DNA from: Octopus vulgaris
Taxonomy: Eukaryota
Assembly: GCA_951406725.2 (NCBI GenBank)
Contig: OX597824.1
Coordinates: forward strand, 37,262,001 to 37,326,000
Length of the DNA: 64,000 nucleotides
Direction of reading: 5' to 3'
Positions 1 through 12,639 of the stretch are shown piece by piece (within the stretch, counting starts at the first letter, position 1; each line of letters opens with the position of its first letter). The position numbers and the translations under genes were made by a program. Under the pieces are notes generated by a model, which saw only the letters and a list, made by a program, of their open reading frames with translations, did no database searches and was not told the DNA's origin.

Positions 1-59
1 ATATAAAGGCGGCTTAAGATTACCTCAAAACTTTGCCAGAATTATAGCAGTCGAAGGAT

Positions 60-944
60 ACATCACCCAGCAAGTCTTCAACTGTGACGAGACAGGTCTT
101 TTTTGGAAGAAGATGCCAAGGAGGACTTATATAACGGCAGAGAAGAAGAGGATGCCAGGCCACAAACCCATAAAGGTTACGCTAACCCTCACACTGTACG
201 CCAATGCGAACGGCGACTGCAGGATTAAGCCGTTGCTTGTTTATTATTCGGAAAACTCCAGAGCCTTTAAATCACATAAGATTCTGAAAGAAAAACTGCA
301 GGTTATATGGAGGGCAAACCCGAGGGCATGGGTCACTAGAGAGTTCTCTGTGGAATGGGTGAATTTGGTCTTTGGTCTTGACATTAAGAAATATCTCCAG
401 GAAAATAACCTACCCTTGCAAGCCCTTCTCATCTTGGACAATGCATCCGCTCACCCACCTAACTTCGAAGATGACATCCTCCAAGTTTATAAAGGTTCTC
501 TACCTTCCACCCAACACTTCCTCTATCCTGCAGCCCATGGATCAGCAGGTAATTTCTAATTTCAAGAAGGTCTTCACTAAGCACCCGTTTCGCCACTGCT
601 TTGAGGTGACAGAGAGCACAAACATCACCCTTCGAGAGTTCTGGAAGTACCACTATAACATCATGATATGCCCAAGAATTATCGATATGGCTTAGCAGGG
701 TGTTACAGAGAGGACCTTAACCTCTGCGCGGAAGAAACGGTTGACTGAAACGGACTTTGTAGTGTCTGAAACGGACTTTGAAAGACTCGAACCCGAAGCG
801 GCAGTGAGAGAGGAGATTGTATCCCTCGGCAAGTCCATGGGCCTGGACATGGATGAAGGTGACAACAACGAGCTCATTGAGGAGCATTCCGAGGAACTAA
901 CAACAGTGGAGCTAAATGAGCTACAGGCAAAAATCCGCGAATAA
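60..944 (+). pseudogene. Tigger/pogo (TIGD1-like) DDE transposase fragment, frameshifted
   Basis: QVFNCDETGLFWKKMPRRTYIT, LILDNASAHP and LPPNTSSILQPMDQQVISNFKK are split across two frames; in-frame stop at 693-695. Confidence 0.92.
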
Positions 945-1019
945 AATTCAGTTATTCTGTTCAGCATTTCTCTTCCACCTCTGTCAGCATCCTCAAGCCG
1001 CCTGATCTCCAAGGTAAAA

Positions 1020-2450
1020 GCTGTACATTATCTAAGAACGAAAACCACACTGAGACTCAGACACTATATTTGGAACTATGAAGGTATTTAAACGTTCTAA
1101 CAAAATGTAGGCAAGTACCTTTCCAACCACAGACAAAAGGGAAATCCCACGAAAATCACCACACAGATCCTTTATCCCCGATTTATACAAGGAGATTAAA
1201 ATGGCATCAATTCAGTCTTAAGGTACTTTCTCAAATTAATATATTCAAGAGTTCAAACATTTTGTCACCCCCATATTTCAAGACGTCTGCACAGATTCCA
1301 TCAGACCCTGGAGACATATTGTTATTCAGCTTATTCACAGTTAAATAAATATCATTTAGATTTTGGTTCAAATGCCATCTCTTCTATAACTGGAAGGTGT
1401 TCGATTTTTTCTATCGTCCTCATGTAAGCGAATGATGATCTATTCAAAAGTGCCGAAAAATGTTCTTCCCAGCGTTTATGAATAGAAGCGGTGTCAGTCA
1501 GAAGCAAATGTCCGTTTGCTGTTCTCACTGGAGCTATTGAAGATTTTGGGCCATATACCTCCTTAACATAAGTGTACAAACCCTTGGAATCATTTCTATC
1601 AGCTGCTTCTTGTGCCCCTTTTGCGCTATCATTCCACCATTCCTGTTTAATTTTCCTTAGAGCAGTCTGCACTTTCCTTTTCGGCTCTCTGTAAGCTTCG
1701 TTTGAGTTGGGGTTCAAGGACTGAGAAAGAAGTGTACTGCCTAAGTTTTGTTTTTCTAAAAGTAGATCATGAATTTCTACTGATCTATCAGAGAACCAAT
1801 CACTGGACTTATGTGATTTAAATCCCACTGACGAACTTGCAGCCTGAAATTCTTTTGTTTTGAAATCTTCTCATAGACTGTTTGGGTCAATAGTGATACT
1901 TTCTAAAGCATCGTGGAATCTTTGCTCAATAATTTAAAGTTTGCAACATTTAACTTTTTAGGTACCTTAGGACCAGACAGCCGATTTTTAGGCATTATCG
2001 AAAAATTAATTTTTCCATGCACTAGATGATGGTCAGTCCAGCTCTCTGCCCCTCCCTTAGCCCGAACGCTAGAAACGTCTTTCATATCACGTTATCTGAT
2101 CAGAATATAATCTATGAGATGCCAGTGTTTAGATCTTGACTGCATCCAGGTGGTTTATATTTATTTTTCTGCTTAAACCAGATTATTTTCAGCACAAAAT
2201 ATCAAAAGAGCTACTCCATTTTTATTATATTTTCCAATCCCATGTCGACCTACAACAGGCCATGAAGCATAGACCTTTCCAATTCTTGTATTGAAATTTC
2301 CCAATCTGACCAGCTTGTCAGAAATTGGTACTTCTTTATTAATTGTGCTAAATCATCATAAAACTGTCCTACAGTTTCATCAGAATAGTACATTGTTGGT
2401 GCATAAATACTGACAACAGTAAGAAACCTACCTTTTGTCAGTTTAATACG
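1020..2450 (-). mobile_element. Decayed RTE-clade LINE: APE endonuclease and start of reverse transcriptase
   Basis: LTVVSIYAPT, WHLIDYILIR, WTDHHLV, RWEEHFSALLN, SPGSDGI and FRGISLLSVVGKVLA motifs with many stops and frameshifts. Confidence 0.88.
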
Positions 2451-2890
2451 TCCCCGTAACCTAGCCGTTTGACAAAACAAACCGATAGAATAAGTACCAG
2501 GCGAAATGCTTAGCGGTATTTCGTCTGCTGTTACGTTCTGAGTTCAAATTCTGCCGAGGTCGACTTTGCCTTTCATCCTTTCGAGGTCGATAAATTAAGT
2601 ACCAGTTACGCACTGGGGTCGATATAATCGACTTAATCCGTTTGTCTGTCCTTGTTTGTCTTCTCTGTGTTTAGCCTTTTGTGGGTAGTAAATAAATAGG
2701 TATTTCGTCTACTGTTATGTTCTGAGTTCAAATTCCGCCGTGGTCGACTTTGCCTTTCATCGTTTCGCGGTCAATTAAATATATATACCAGTTACGTACT
2801 GGAGTTGCTGAATTCGACTTAATCCCTTTGTCTGTCCTTGTTTTGTCCCCTTTATGTTTAGCCCCCTGTGAGCAATAAAGAAATAAATAT
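2450..2890 (+). mobile_element. tRNA-derived SINE, family A (Meta-domain-like), with tandemly duplicated body
   Basis: GAGTTCAAATTC B-box followed by GGTCGACTTTGCCTTTCATCCTTTCG..GTCGAT..AAGTACCAG; unit repeats about 184 bp later; many other copies in the window. Confidence 0.85.
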
Positions 2891-2894
2891 TCCT

Positions 2895-3081
2895 TATTTA
2901 TATGTACATTTTTTTCTGATTTAAAAACATGTAACAAAATAAATCGCGGTGTTTTTTTTAGGGTCCCGGAACGAATTAATGGCATTTCAATTCATTTAAC
3001 CGGGAAAAATTGATTTGACACGCAATTAATTTGAGTTACGAGCTCCGTCACGGAACGAATCAAACTCGAAAGGCACCACTC
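2895..3081 (+). mobile_element. Tigger/pogo-type 3' terminal region, probably the end of the element at 60-944
   Basis: TTTGAGTTACGAGCTCCGTCACGGAACGAATCAAACTCG..AGGCACCACT resembles Tigger right ends. Confidence 0.6.
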
Positions 3082-3688
3082 TGTGTGTTTGCGTATATGT
3101 GTGTGTGTGTAGATATTCTATGTACGTTATATACATATAATACATACAATGTATATGTGTTGGCGTGTGTGTAATATGTATGAATAGAAGCGAAAGCTGA
3201 CGAACTAAGTGAATGAATGGCTGGTTGAATGAACAAATAGGTCTAGATAGATTTAATTATCGCTATTTCTTTCACTGCCTCCAAATTGAAGCGGCAAATA
3301 ATAGACAAAATCTGAGCACCACACCACCCACCACCCCCACCTTCACACACCCGCAAACGTCACTCTTCGACACATTTACGTTTATTTATATAATCCACAT
3401 ATCGTCCAACGACCACTTCCATTTTTTGTTTCTTTCTCCATGTATTTCTCTTCTCTTTTCCTGTTCGCCTATCCACCCACTCACTTCCCCGGCTCTCCAT
3501 ATTTCAGCCGCTCCTCTTTGCATGTTTCAGTCATGTCTAATTCTCCTGCCTGCCCTCCCAACATCCCACTCCAATGCTATGTGAGTCCCAATAAATCGTC
3601 CGCTTTTCTACTTCTAAGTTTTAAAGACAGAATTTTTAAAAACTATTTAATATAATTTTCACTTGATAAATTTCTCCTCCCCACCATC

Positions 3689-3690
<2 letters not shown>

Positions 3691-3756
<66 letters not shown>
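3691..3756. repeat. (CT)n microsatellite
   Basis: Direct reading. Confidence 0.98.
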
Positions 3757-3759
<3 letters not shown>

Positions 3760-4548
3760 ACCCCCACCACATACACACATCTCAAAGATCTTAACCTCAC
3801 CTTCTTTAATTGCCGAGTTTACCATCTTCTCTTTTCTATTTCCGCAATATTTTCTACCTAAAGCCATACTCTAACATAACTTCTTACCCTGACGTCATTC
3901 TTAGTTTTGGGATGAAATAAACAATATCTTTTACACTCTATCTTTCTATTCCTTGCCTTCTTACCTTGACTTCTTTCTATATTTTTATTTTTATTTGTGA
4001 AGCGGTAGTACAAGTAAACGAACGAGTTTACAGACACCAAGCATCACGCTTAAAGAAATATTTAAGTTATTTTAGCCTCATCAAACCGAATTAGAATTGT
4101 TAGGGTTTCAGGGTATTGAATTCCAGTGTTTTAAATTATCAGTTGGAATCCCTCCGAGGCAGCGATAGAGGGATGGTTTTAGGAATTAGGGGTATACTAA
4201 AATCTGGAGTAGAGGTAGAGAATGAAAGGGGAAGGGGTGGATTTAATGAAATAAACAACCACCCGTGAGCGGGGAAAGAATATCTCCCTCTTCTCCCTCC
4301 CATTATCATCAATGCTCCCGGATTACATTTTCATTTCGTCTCTTCGAGTTCGATGAAACAAAATACGAATCAAATATTGGAATCGATTTTATCGATACTT
4401 AAGTAAGAAATTACGCATAATTCAAAGGAACCATAATCGTAGGAGAGCTGAAACAAAGATCGATTATTTCTTACTAACGGCAAAGATCATTATCATGATT
4501 AGAAGAATACAGGGCAGTGCTTCTCCTGGTGAAAAACTTGCTTATGTA

Positions 4549-4555
<7 letters not shown>

Positions 4556-4620
<65 letters not shown>

Positions 4621-4640
4621 TATATATATATATACATATG
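4556..4640. repeat. (TA)n microsatellite
   Basis: Direct reading. Confidence 0.98.
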
Positions 4641-5504
4641 TTTGTGTGTGTATAAATTTATATATAGATAGGTATATGTAAATTTATGTGTGCGTGTGTG
4701 TGAGTGTGTGTGTGTGTAAATTTATATATATATATATAATACACAAACACGTGTTTACATACATACATGCATGGACACACATACATACACAGAGAGAGGA
4801 GGGAGTGCGATAAGAAATATGTTTACATGTTTACATGTTTACACCCATCTGTAAGCCTCACTCTTTGCACACACACACACACAGATGTACGCACGCGCGC
4901 GCACTCCAGGGGTTCTGTTTGTGCGTAGATGTGATGTAATAAGTATATGTGGTAAAAACGATGAATAGAATAAGTGTAGTAAATAAGGGGTAACTATGCG
5001 TGAAGTGGTGTATGTTGGTGGGTAGAAATGTGTGTAAAGTAATTGGCAGAAGCTGTGTTGGTGCAAGGTGAGATGCTGGGTGTAGCCGTGCGTCTGCTGG
5101 CGCGTACGCATGAGAAATAAGTTTTTATACTTGGAGACTAGTCTGTGCGTATATCTGTGTGTATTTGCATGTGTGTGTGTGTGTGTGTGTGTGTGTTCGT
5201 TCAGAATATGTGAATGCATTGTTATATAGTGTATGTGAACTGTGAGATGTGTGTGTAAGTGTAGTGTATAATGGGTGGGGGGTGGGGGGTGCAATGCGGA
5301 AGTGTGGAATACGGTGTGGTGGGGTGGAGGTATGGGAACGTAACCACACTATTTATGTCCGAGCGGTAGTTGTAGCCCAGATAAAAGATGAGCTGCTGTT
5401 CTTTGTGATAGCGAGGAGCAATTGAGCCGTAGTTTGAAATAACACTACAGACCGTGAGGTGGAAAACAGCGTCAGCGGATGAGTTAAAGTGGTGCGTGTG
5501 TGTA

Positions 5505-5790
5505 AGGGCACATGGCCTAGTGGTTAGGGCTTCGCATTCTCCATCGTGAGATCGTGGTTTCAATTCTTGGTCCGAGTGGTGTGTTGTGTTCTTGAGCAAA
5601 CGACTTCATTTCACGTTGCTCTGCGATCACTTCGACACCTGACTTGTGGCAAATACACTAGAACATCCAGGAAATTTCGTTTTGATTGAGAGAGAGTGAG
5701 CTAATGTACGGCACAAACATTTGATCGCTATAAACAAATCATTTGTCCAAGTTGTTCAGCAAGAAATAGCAGAACCGTCTTTCTCAGACT
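5505..5790 (+). mobile_element. tRNA-derived SINE, family C (V/CORE-like domain)
   Basis: A-box TGGCCTAGTGG, B-box-like GGTTTCAATTC, then GTGTTCTTGAGCAA..CTTCATTTCACGTTGCTC; related copies at 7455 and 10725. Confidence 0.75.
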
Positions 5791-5872
5791 ACCATCATCA
5801 TCATAATCACTATCACCACCATCATCATTATCACCATCACCATCACCACCACCACCACCACATCATCATCAT
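5791..5872. repeat. (CAT/CAC)n trinucleotide repeat
   Basis: Direct reading; it produces the poly-His ORF. Confidence 0.95.
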
Positions 5873-6689
5873 CACACATATATATATAAACATACATACA
5901 TGCACATTATTAACTGGATACAATATGTTGTAGGAATGTACATAGAAACACGCACTTTATATTCCTTGACACACCATCTACATAAATCATACATTAAATT
6001 ACACCTCATTACACACAATCACACACACACGCGCGCAATCACACACACACACCAATATTTTGAAGTTGCCCTCTCACTTCTCTTGTTATTTCCCCTTTTA
6101 TCTCTCTCTTACTCCTTTCTATTCGCCACTTATTCTATTTCTCATTTCCACTCCCTTTTCTCTTTTCCCATTAACTCTATCACTTAGATTGTGCATCCGC
6201 TTCTAATTCTACTATCCGACTCTCCAACAGCCTTTTTTCACCAAGCCTGCAATGTACAAAGACGCAAATACTGTATCATTTCCATTTCTTTTTCTCTCTT
6301 CTCTCTTATTTCTCTTCTTCCTCCTCTTTAAAAAAGAGTATAACCCCCGAAAGTTATAACTCCTTTTGTTGCTTTCGTTGGCGTATTTACTTTCATTGTG
6401 GTTGTTTCCTTTCAAAATTCTAAGCATTTTCTATTACGTTTATCACTTATCCAACTTACTATACTATTTATTTGTTTTGCACCAGCTTACCATATGATCC
6501 CCGTTATATGTGTGTTGTGGGTGTGTTTATAATCCATACATATAAAAATACATACGTTCACGAATACATACATATACAGAGATAAAGCTAGGCTGTTTTA
6601 TAAAGATTTCTGGTTGCTTGATTTGTTTCACATGAATGCGTCTTTCTATCAATCCACCATGTCTCCTTCCCCCTCTGTCTCTTTCTCAG

Positions 6690-6757
<68 letters not shown>

Positions 6758-6803
6758 AACAAACTTACTTAGAATTATATGCGTGTGTTCTGTCGTGTAA
6801 TAA

Positions 6804-6990
6804 CAAATTAATAAATAAAACATATGCATATATACATACATATATGTACGTACCTACATCTACATGTATATATACAAGCATGTATGGGTACAGGGATGTC
6901 CTATACCCATATATGCATGTATGTATACATGTAGATGTAGGTACGTACATATATGTATGTATATATGCATATGTTTTATTTATTAATTTG
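6804..6990. repeat. ~187-bp near-perfect palindrome
   Basis: CAAATTAATAAATAAAACATATGC... is the reverse complement of ...GCATATGTTTTATTTATTAATTTG; centre near 6897. Confidence 0.95.
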
Positions 6991-7242
6991 GTATAATTAT
7001 ATATATATATATATACATATATATGTCACACACATGCACACACACACACACACACATATATATATTTATGTATATGTACATAGATAGGTGGAGAGATAGA
7101 CAGACAGACAAACTGACAGATAGATAAATAGTTTTAATGACAGAGTTAAGTTACTTCGAACCTGTCTGATCGCTTGATTTGTTTACATTTGTTTATAGAC
7201 GGGTGAAGAGGTATGTATATATATATATATATACATACACAC

Positions 7243-7385
7243 ACGACGGGCTTCTTTCAGTTTCCGTCGACCAAATCCACTAACAAGATCGGCCATAGTA
7301 GTAGATACTTGCCCAAGATGCCATGCAATGGAACTGAACCTGAAACATGTGGTTAGGAATCAAACTTCTTACCACAGCCACGGTT
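7243..7385 (-). mobile_element. tRNA-derived SINE, family B (CORE-like), 5' half
   Basis: Reverse complement matches the head of the copy at 41071 (GTGGCTGTGGTAAG..CTTGGGCAAGT..GTGGATTTGGT). Confidence 0.8.
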
Positions 7386-7388
7386 GTG

Positions 7389-7390
<2 letters not shown>

Positions 7391-7451
<61 letters not shown>
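7391..7451. repeat. (GT)n microsatellite
   Basis: Direct reading. Confidence 0.98.
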
Positions 7452-7454
<3 letters not shown>

Positions 7455-7590
7455 AGATGCATAGCTCAATTGTTCGAGCATCCGGTTCACAATCACGAAG
7501 TGTTAGTACGATTCACGCACCGGGTTTTGTGTCGTGTTCTTGAGCAGGACACTTTATTTCACGTTGTTCCAGTTCACCCAGCTCTTGATG
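7455..7590 (+). mobile_element. SINE family C head fragment
   Basis: GTGTTCTTGAGCAGGACACTTTATTTCACGTTG. Confidence 0.6.
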
Positions 7591-7599
7591 TGGAGATTG

Positions 7600-9870
7600 T
7601 GTGCTGGTTAGTATCATACGGGTTTTCACATGATTTTTCTTTGGGTTTAATTTAAGTTCTTTTTGAGAGAGTCCAAGCCGGTTCCAGACAAAGTAACATG
7701 ACTTTTTGAGTTAAGAGAGTTCCTGGTGTTTGTAAATATGTTGGTATGTTGGTTGAACTGTCAGTGCATACACCCAAGTGTGTGCATCCATTCACATAAG
7801 AATCTCACATGGAGAACTTTGGGAATGTCTTACAGATCTTCACTGTGCCACTAATAGATTGAATTTGGAGAATCTGCCTCAGTTTCTTCTACTCTTTTTC
7901 TCTCTCCTCTCTTATTTCCGTTCTTCCTCCTCCATGTTGGTGCATAACTTAATGTACCTATGATGATAGGTACACATGAACATTCATAGTCAGTGTACAG
8001 GAGCTGTAAGTTCCGCATTAATTCGCCAAAAGTGTTCTCTTTTTCCTGGACTTTTGATTGTACATTCAGATCTCCTGGGCAGCTGACCTCTACAACAGTG
8101 CATGACTTTTGTTCCCTGTCCCGCAGAACAATATCAAGTCTGTTATATTTGCACCAAATTGATGTTTTTATTGAGGGGTTTCACCAGTGTTCCTTGTTTT
8201 TAAACGTGTGAATACCTGCTGGGTCTAACATGCTTTTGATGTATTCGTCAGAACAGTCCTTCCTGCGAATAGCATTGTAAATAGTTTTTGTAAATAGTCT
8301 TTGTAACTATATCATGCCCCAGGAGCAGGTAATATCTCATAGACATTTTGGGACAATTGCTGATGATGTGGGTGATATCTTCCATACTGGTATAGCAGAG
8401 CCATATTTTTTATCACAACGTGGAGGTTTGGTGGTATCTTTGTCCCTCTTGTTTATCAGATATTTAGTAGTTATCCCCTCTTCCTTGATAGTGAAGGCAT
8501 ATCTTTCTAAGTGGGATGTAATATATCTATCGCAGGTCCAAGAGAGACTCCTTTTCCTGTCAATGCTGTTATTGCCTTCCAGCTTACATGCATTGCTTTT
8601 TGTTGGTATGATGCCTACTTCTCCTCGAAGCTTCTGTTTAGGCAAGCTAGTCCAGCCCCCTTTGGGTCGCATGAAACAGTTGTATTCTCAGCATGCCTCA
8701 CAGCAGTTCTTCTGCAACTCTGATGATGTTGTTGCTTTCACTTTTGAGTGTGCATGGAATATACTTCTTTCTTTCTTTTCTTTTCAGCAGGTGTTGTCTG
8801 AGTGATTACAATGCGACATTCAGATGTTGTTTGGACTGACCTTATGCCTCTACCATCACTTCGTCTCTCATAAATCTTGTCGGTGACACTGTTGATGTGG
8901 AAGTTGCCAGTGGTGTCTAGTACCTTTCTGGTTTTGATGACCAGGCTTTGTATCTCATCGGGTGTCCAGTCCAATATCCCAAATGTTGGTACTAGCACTG
9001 GTACTGCAAAAGCATCGTGAGATATGGTCTAGTTAAATGCAGATAGCTCTGAATTCCATATTTTCCGGGGTCTACAGAAGTACTCTTTTGTTATTCTGGT
9101 TTTAATCAAAGCAACAGTGTATGCAACATTTTCATCGATTCCGAGATACTTGTAGCTTTCGCTTTCATCATTAGAGATAGGGGAGATAGACAAGCCGTTG
9201 ATGTACATGTTCTCTGCCTGGTCGACAATCTTCCCTCGGTTGACTGTCATGTATAAGCATTTATCTTGCCCAAATTCCAATTCTATATCTCGCGAGAATG
9301 CTGTAACTAGTTCTAATTGTCTCTTGGTGTTGGTCATATCACCAGAATATAACTTTAGATCATCAACAAAAAATGTGTGGGTAACGTTAACTTTATTCTT
9401 TTCTGCATATCCCAGCATGTAGCCTTAACATTTTGTTAACAGGGCTGACAAGGGATTCACTGCCAATACAAAGAACATTACAGATAAACTATCAGCCTGG
9501 AATATGCCTGTAGATAGCTTAATTTATTTGTAACTATAGGTGTTGCTTTAGTAGTTGTTGGTGATAACTATGTGGACTAGTTGCAGTCAGTCTCTCAATG
9601 GCATTCACTGTAGCAGCAGGTACTTTGGCAGGTATAATGATTCTATTACCCATAAGTGGGGCACATAGTCGAACGCCTTCTTGTAGTCTATCCATATCGT
9701 TAGATGTTGCTTGATTTCCTCAAGGACAGCTTTGTTTAGGAGGAGCTGCTCAACACAACCCCAGACTCCCTTCTTTCCTCCTGCCTGTTCATCGCTTATC
9801 ACTCCATTTATTTGGCAGTAGTCTTGGAGAAACATATTCAGGTAACCTGTGTACAGTTTAAACATGAACT
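7600..9870 (-). mobile_element. Decayed R4/Dong-type non-LTR retrotransposon (RT, CCHC, restriction-like endonuclease)
   Basis: EQAGGKKG, WIDYKKAFDYVPH, HTFFVDDLKLY, YKYLGIDE, degenerate CCHC and a KHWW..NRLDIVL..VVEVSCP nuclease motif. Confidence 0.88.
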
Positions 9871-9965
9871 GTATGTATGCGTTTGCGTGTATGTGTGTGT
9901 GCGCGCGCGTGTGCAAGCATGTGTGTATGTATGTATGTATGTCATTATTCAGTTTTATTTCAAGA

Positions 9966-10309
9966 CTAGCACTATGACCCGGCGTTGCCGGGTCATAGTG
10001 CTAGTGCATGCATATACAGCTGCGTGCGTGTGCACATACACGCGAGTACTGTCCAAATCTCCGACCAATTACATACAGCTAGCTGGCATTCAATTGGCGT
10101 ATCAAGTTTCGTAATTTTGATTGGGTTTGGGATAGAAAATAAACAAAAAAGTCACTTCTATTGATTTTTTAATGGCTTTGCGGGGTAACTGGGGAAATGT
10201 AAAGATGTGCATGACCACCCTTGGACGGTTTTGAATGACCATAGAAAGTTCTAGCCCTCTAACTGAAAAATTGTGGATTTGTATAAAGGACACACGCCGT
10301 TTATAGAGA
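9966..10309 (-). mobile_element. Non-autonomous Helitron inserted in the 3' UTR of an R4-type LINE
   Basis: Minus strand starts TCTCTATAA and ends with hairpin CCCGGCAACGCCGGG plus CTAG; sits between A9965 and T10310; shares the hairpin with the Helitron at 27166. Confidence 0.75.
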
Positions 10310-10720
10310 TTACTTGCCATTAGAGAAAAAGCCAGTTACTAACCTAGATCCAAGGCACCTTCATTGGAATTTCAACAATTTCTCAAGATTGATATTTAAG
10401 CAGTGTGTTAATATATCTCTGTGCCCCAATAACTACAGGTATAAACCTGAATTTGCAATCTGGATAGAGGAACTGCAGATTTCCCAATACTTCAGCGTAG
10501 GTATTCCTTTTCTCACTGAGTTTCAGCTTTATGTTAACATCCGCTAGGCAGCTAATTTCCACAACTGTACACAGTTTCTCTTTTCTATCCCAAATCATTA
10601 TATCAGGTCTGTTATGCTTACATTTTATTGAGGTTTTCACTTGGACATTCCACCAGTACTCCTTTTTATTATGAGTAGCTATGGCTTCTACCATATTGTG
10701 GGTCCTTATTTCTTTGTCCT
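10310..10720 (-). mobile_element. Second R4/Dong-type LINE 3' fragment (restriction-like endonuclease)
   Basis: KEYWWNVQVKTSIKCKHNRPDIMIWDRKEKLCTVVEISC..FRFIPVVIGA; the 3' UTR resumes at 9942-9965 and ends at (CATA)n. Confidence 0.85.
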
Positions 10721-10724
10721 CGGG

Positions 10725-10995
10725 CTGTGTTGTGTTCTTGAGTAAGACACTTTATTTCACATTGCTCCAGTTCACTCAGCTGTTGAAATGGGTTGCAACG
10801 TCACTTGTGCCAAGCTGTATCAGCCTTTGCCTTTCCTTTGGATAACACTGGTGGTGTGGAGACAGGAGGCTGGTATGCTTGAGCGACTGCTGGTCTTCTA
10901 TAAACAACTTTGCCCGGACTTGTGCCTTGTGGGGGGTGGGGGTAACATTCTAGATGCAATTCCATGGTTATTTATGATCGAAGGGGGCCTTCACT
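10725..10995 (+). mobile_element. SINE family C-related copy
   Basis: GTGTTGTGTTCTTGAGTAAGACACTTTATTTCACATTGCTCCAG. Confidence 0.65.
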
Positions 10996-11034
10996 TTTAT
11001 CAAAAATGGATTTTATTCTTCTTGCGAACATCAA

Positions 11035-11700
11035 TTCTGCGGGAGACTTCTCTGAATTTGTACATGGATTGGGGCCGCTCTGTATATTCTTAAGAAATTT
11101 GTCAGTGCTTCGTCGTTACTCAGTTCATTCCTCGCTTTTCTTAACGCTCTCTTAAAGGTGTCCACAAATCTTTCTACCTGCCCGTTTGGCCTCAGGTGGT
11201 AGAGTGGGGCGGGGGGAATATGCTTTATCGCATGCCTTTTATAGAAGTTCTTGAATACATACCCAGAGAACTGCGTTCCGTTGTCTGAAACTAGCATGTC
11301 AAGGACACCGTATCGTGCAAACAATTCGTATAAAAACTTTATAGTTATTTTAGAGGTTGGTCTATTGCACCGGCAAACCTCCGGCCACTTGGTACAGCTA
11401 TCTACTATGGTTAGGTAGTTAGCGCCGTTTACCGGTCCGGCATAATCAATGCGTAACCTAGACCATGAGTTTTCCGTCTCTGGTCACGATTGATATTTTA
11501 CCGGCGGGGCTTTGGCTGAGAACGCGCAACCTCGTCACGTTCTGACCAAGTTTTCGATATCTCGATCCATAGACGGCCAGTAGACATAACTCCGCATCAG
11601 AGCCTTCATCTTTTCCATTCCTGGATGTCCGCCATGAGATTGTTGGAATACACCTTTTTGTAATGTAGTTGGAACCACCACTCTTCGGGCATGCGTCAGG
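11035..11700 (-). mobile_element. Gypsy/Ty3 LTR retrotransposon integrase fragment
   Basis: HGGHPGMEKMKALMRSYVYWP zinc-binding region, IDYAGP, LVSDNGTQF and NGQVERFVDTFK. Confidence 0.92.
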
Positions 11701-11719
11701 ATATCGTCGCAAATTTACG

Positions 11720-11970
11720 TTGGTTGGGACACATACACACGTTGGACAACAGTAGACTCCTCAGACAACTCCTTTATTCCCAACTATGTAAGGAGAAAAG
11801 AAACCATGGAAGACCTAGACTGAGATTCAAAGATACTGCAAAACTAAATATAAAATGAAATGAATTGATCATAATAAATAGCAAACTCAAGCGAAAAACC
11901 GAGTAACATGGAAAAAGTTTATCAAGTCATGCCAAAGCTATGAACATTCTTAATCGCGACGACTGACTGC
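11720..11970 (+). mobile_element. RTE LINE C-terminal fragment
   Basis: RLLRQLLYSQLCKEKRNHGRPRLRFKDT. Confidence 0.75.
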
Positions 11971-12186
11971 AGAAATGGAGGAATGCATGTGAACATTTCA
12001 ACAAAACGTGGTTCAGTTTAATGCATAGGAAAATACTTTTAGGCTGAGTTGTATAAATATGACAGGAAATCAAAAAGTGCTGACACTAGCGTCGATAATC
12101 GATTTGAGGCTCCTGGGTAATGCACGTAAAATATTATACTATCTTCAAATAATCTTAAAATTCATTGAAAGCGGAAGACTGTTTTC

Positions 12187-12318
12187 ATTGATATATGATT
12201 TAGACAACTCATTGTTCCATACAAACATCATAGCTACACCTACTACTTGTTTTTATTGATATATGATTTAGACAACTCATTGTTCCATACAAACATCATA
12301 GCTACACCTACTACTTGT
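12187..12318. repeat. Exact 64-bp tandem duplication, period 68
   Basis: ATTGATATATGATTTAGACAACTC...CTACTTGT at 12187 and again at 12255. Confidence 0.95.
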
Positions 12319-12639
12319 ACAGAATTGTGTTTATGTAATTCGGTGTTCAGTTTACACAGTGACAAGCCCTTTGATAAATAGCATGACTGGCACCTTCTAT
12401 GAATCAATGCTGAATGCAGAAGTTGTTTGTAAGTAGAAGTTCGAATGCCTGCGATGTCAACTGGTTCAGCTGTCTCACGGTAGAAGTAAACTATATTTGT
12501 GTGTTGGTGCTAAATAAAATGAAGAATACAAGCTGGAGAGACAACTTACATTTTGTTAATATGACCAAAAACCACAATGAGATACTGAAACGTAAACGTA
12601 AAGGTATTTTTATGCCCGACATCATAAAATATGTCTGAA

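Noticed and set aside
5273-5330. G-quadruplex-like G runs
   Set aside because: Embedded in GT-rich low-complexity sequence with no independent sign of function
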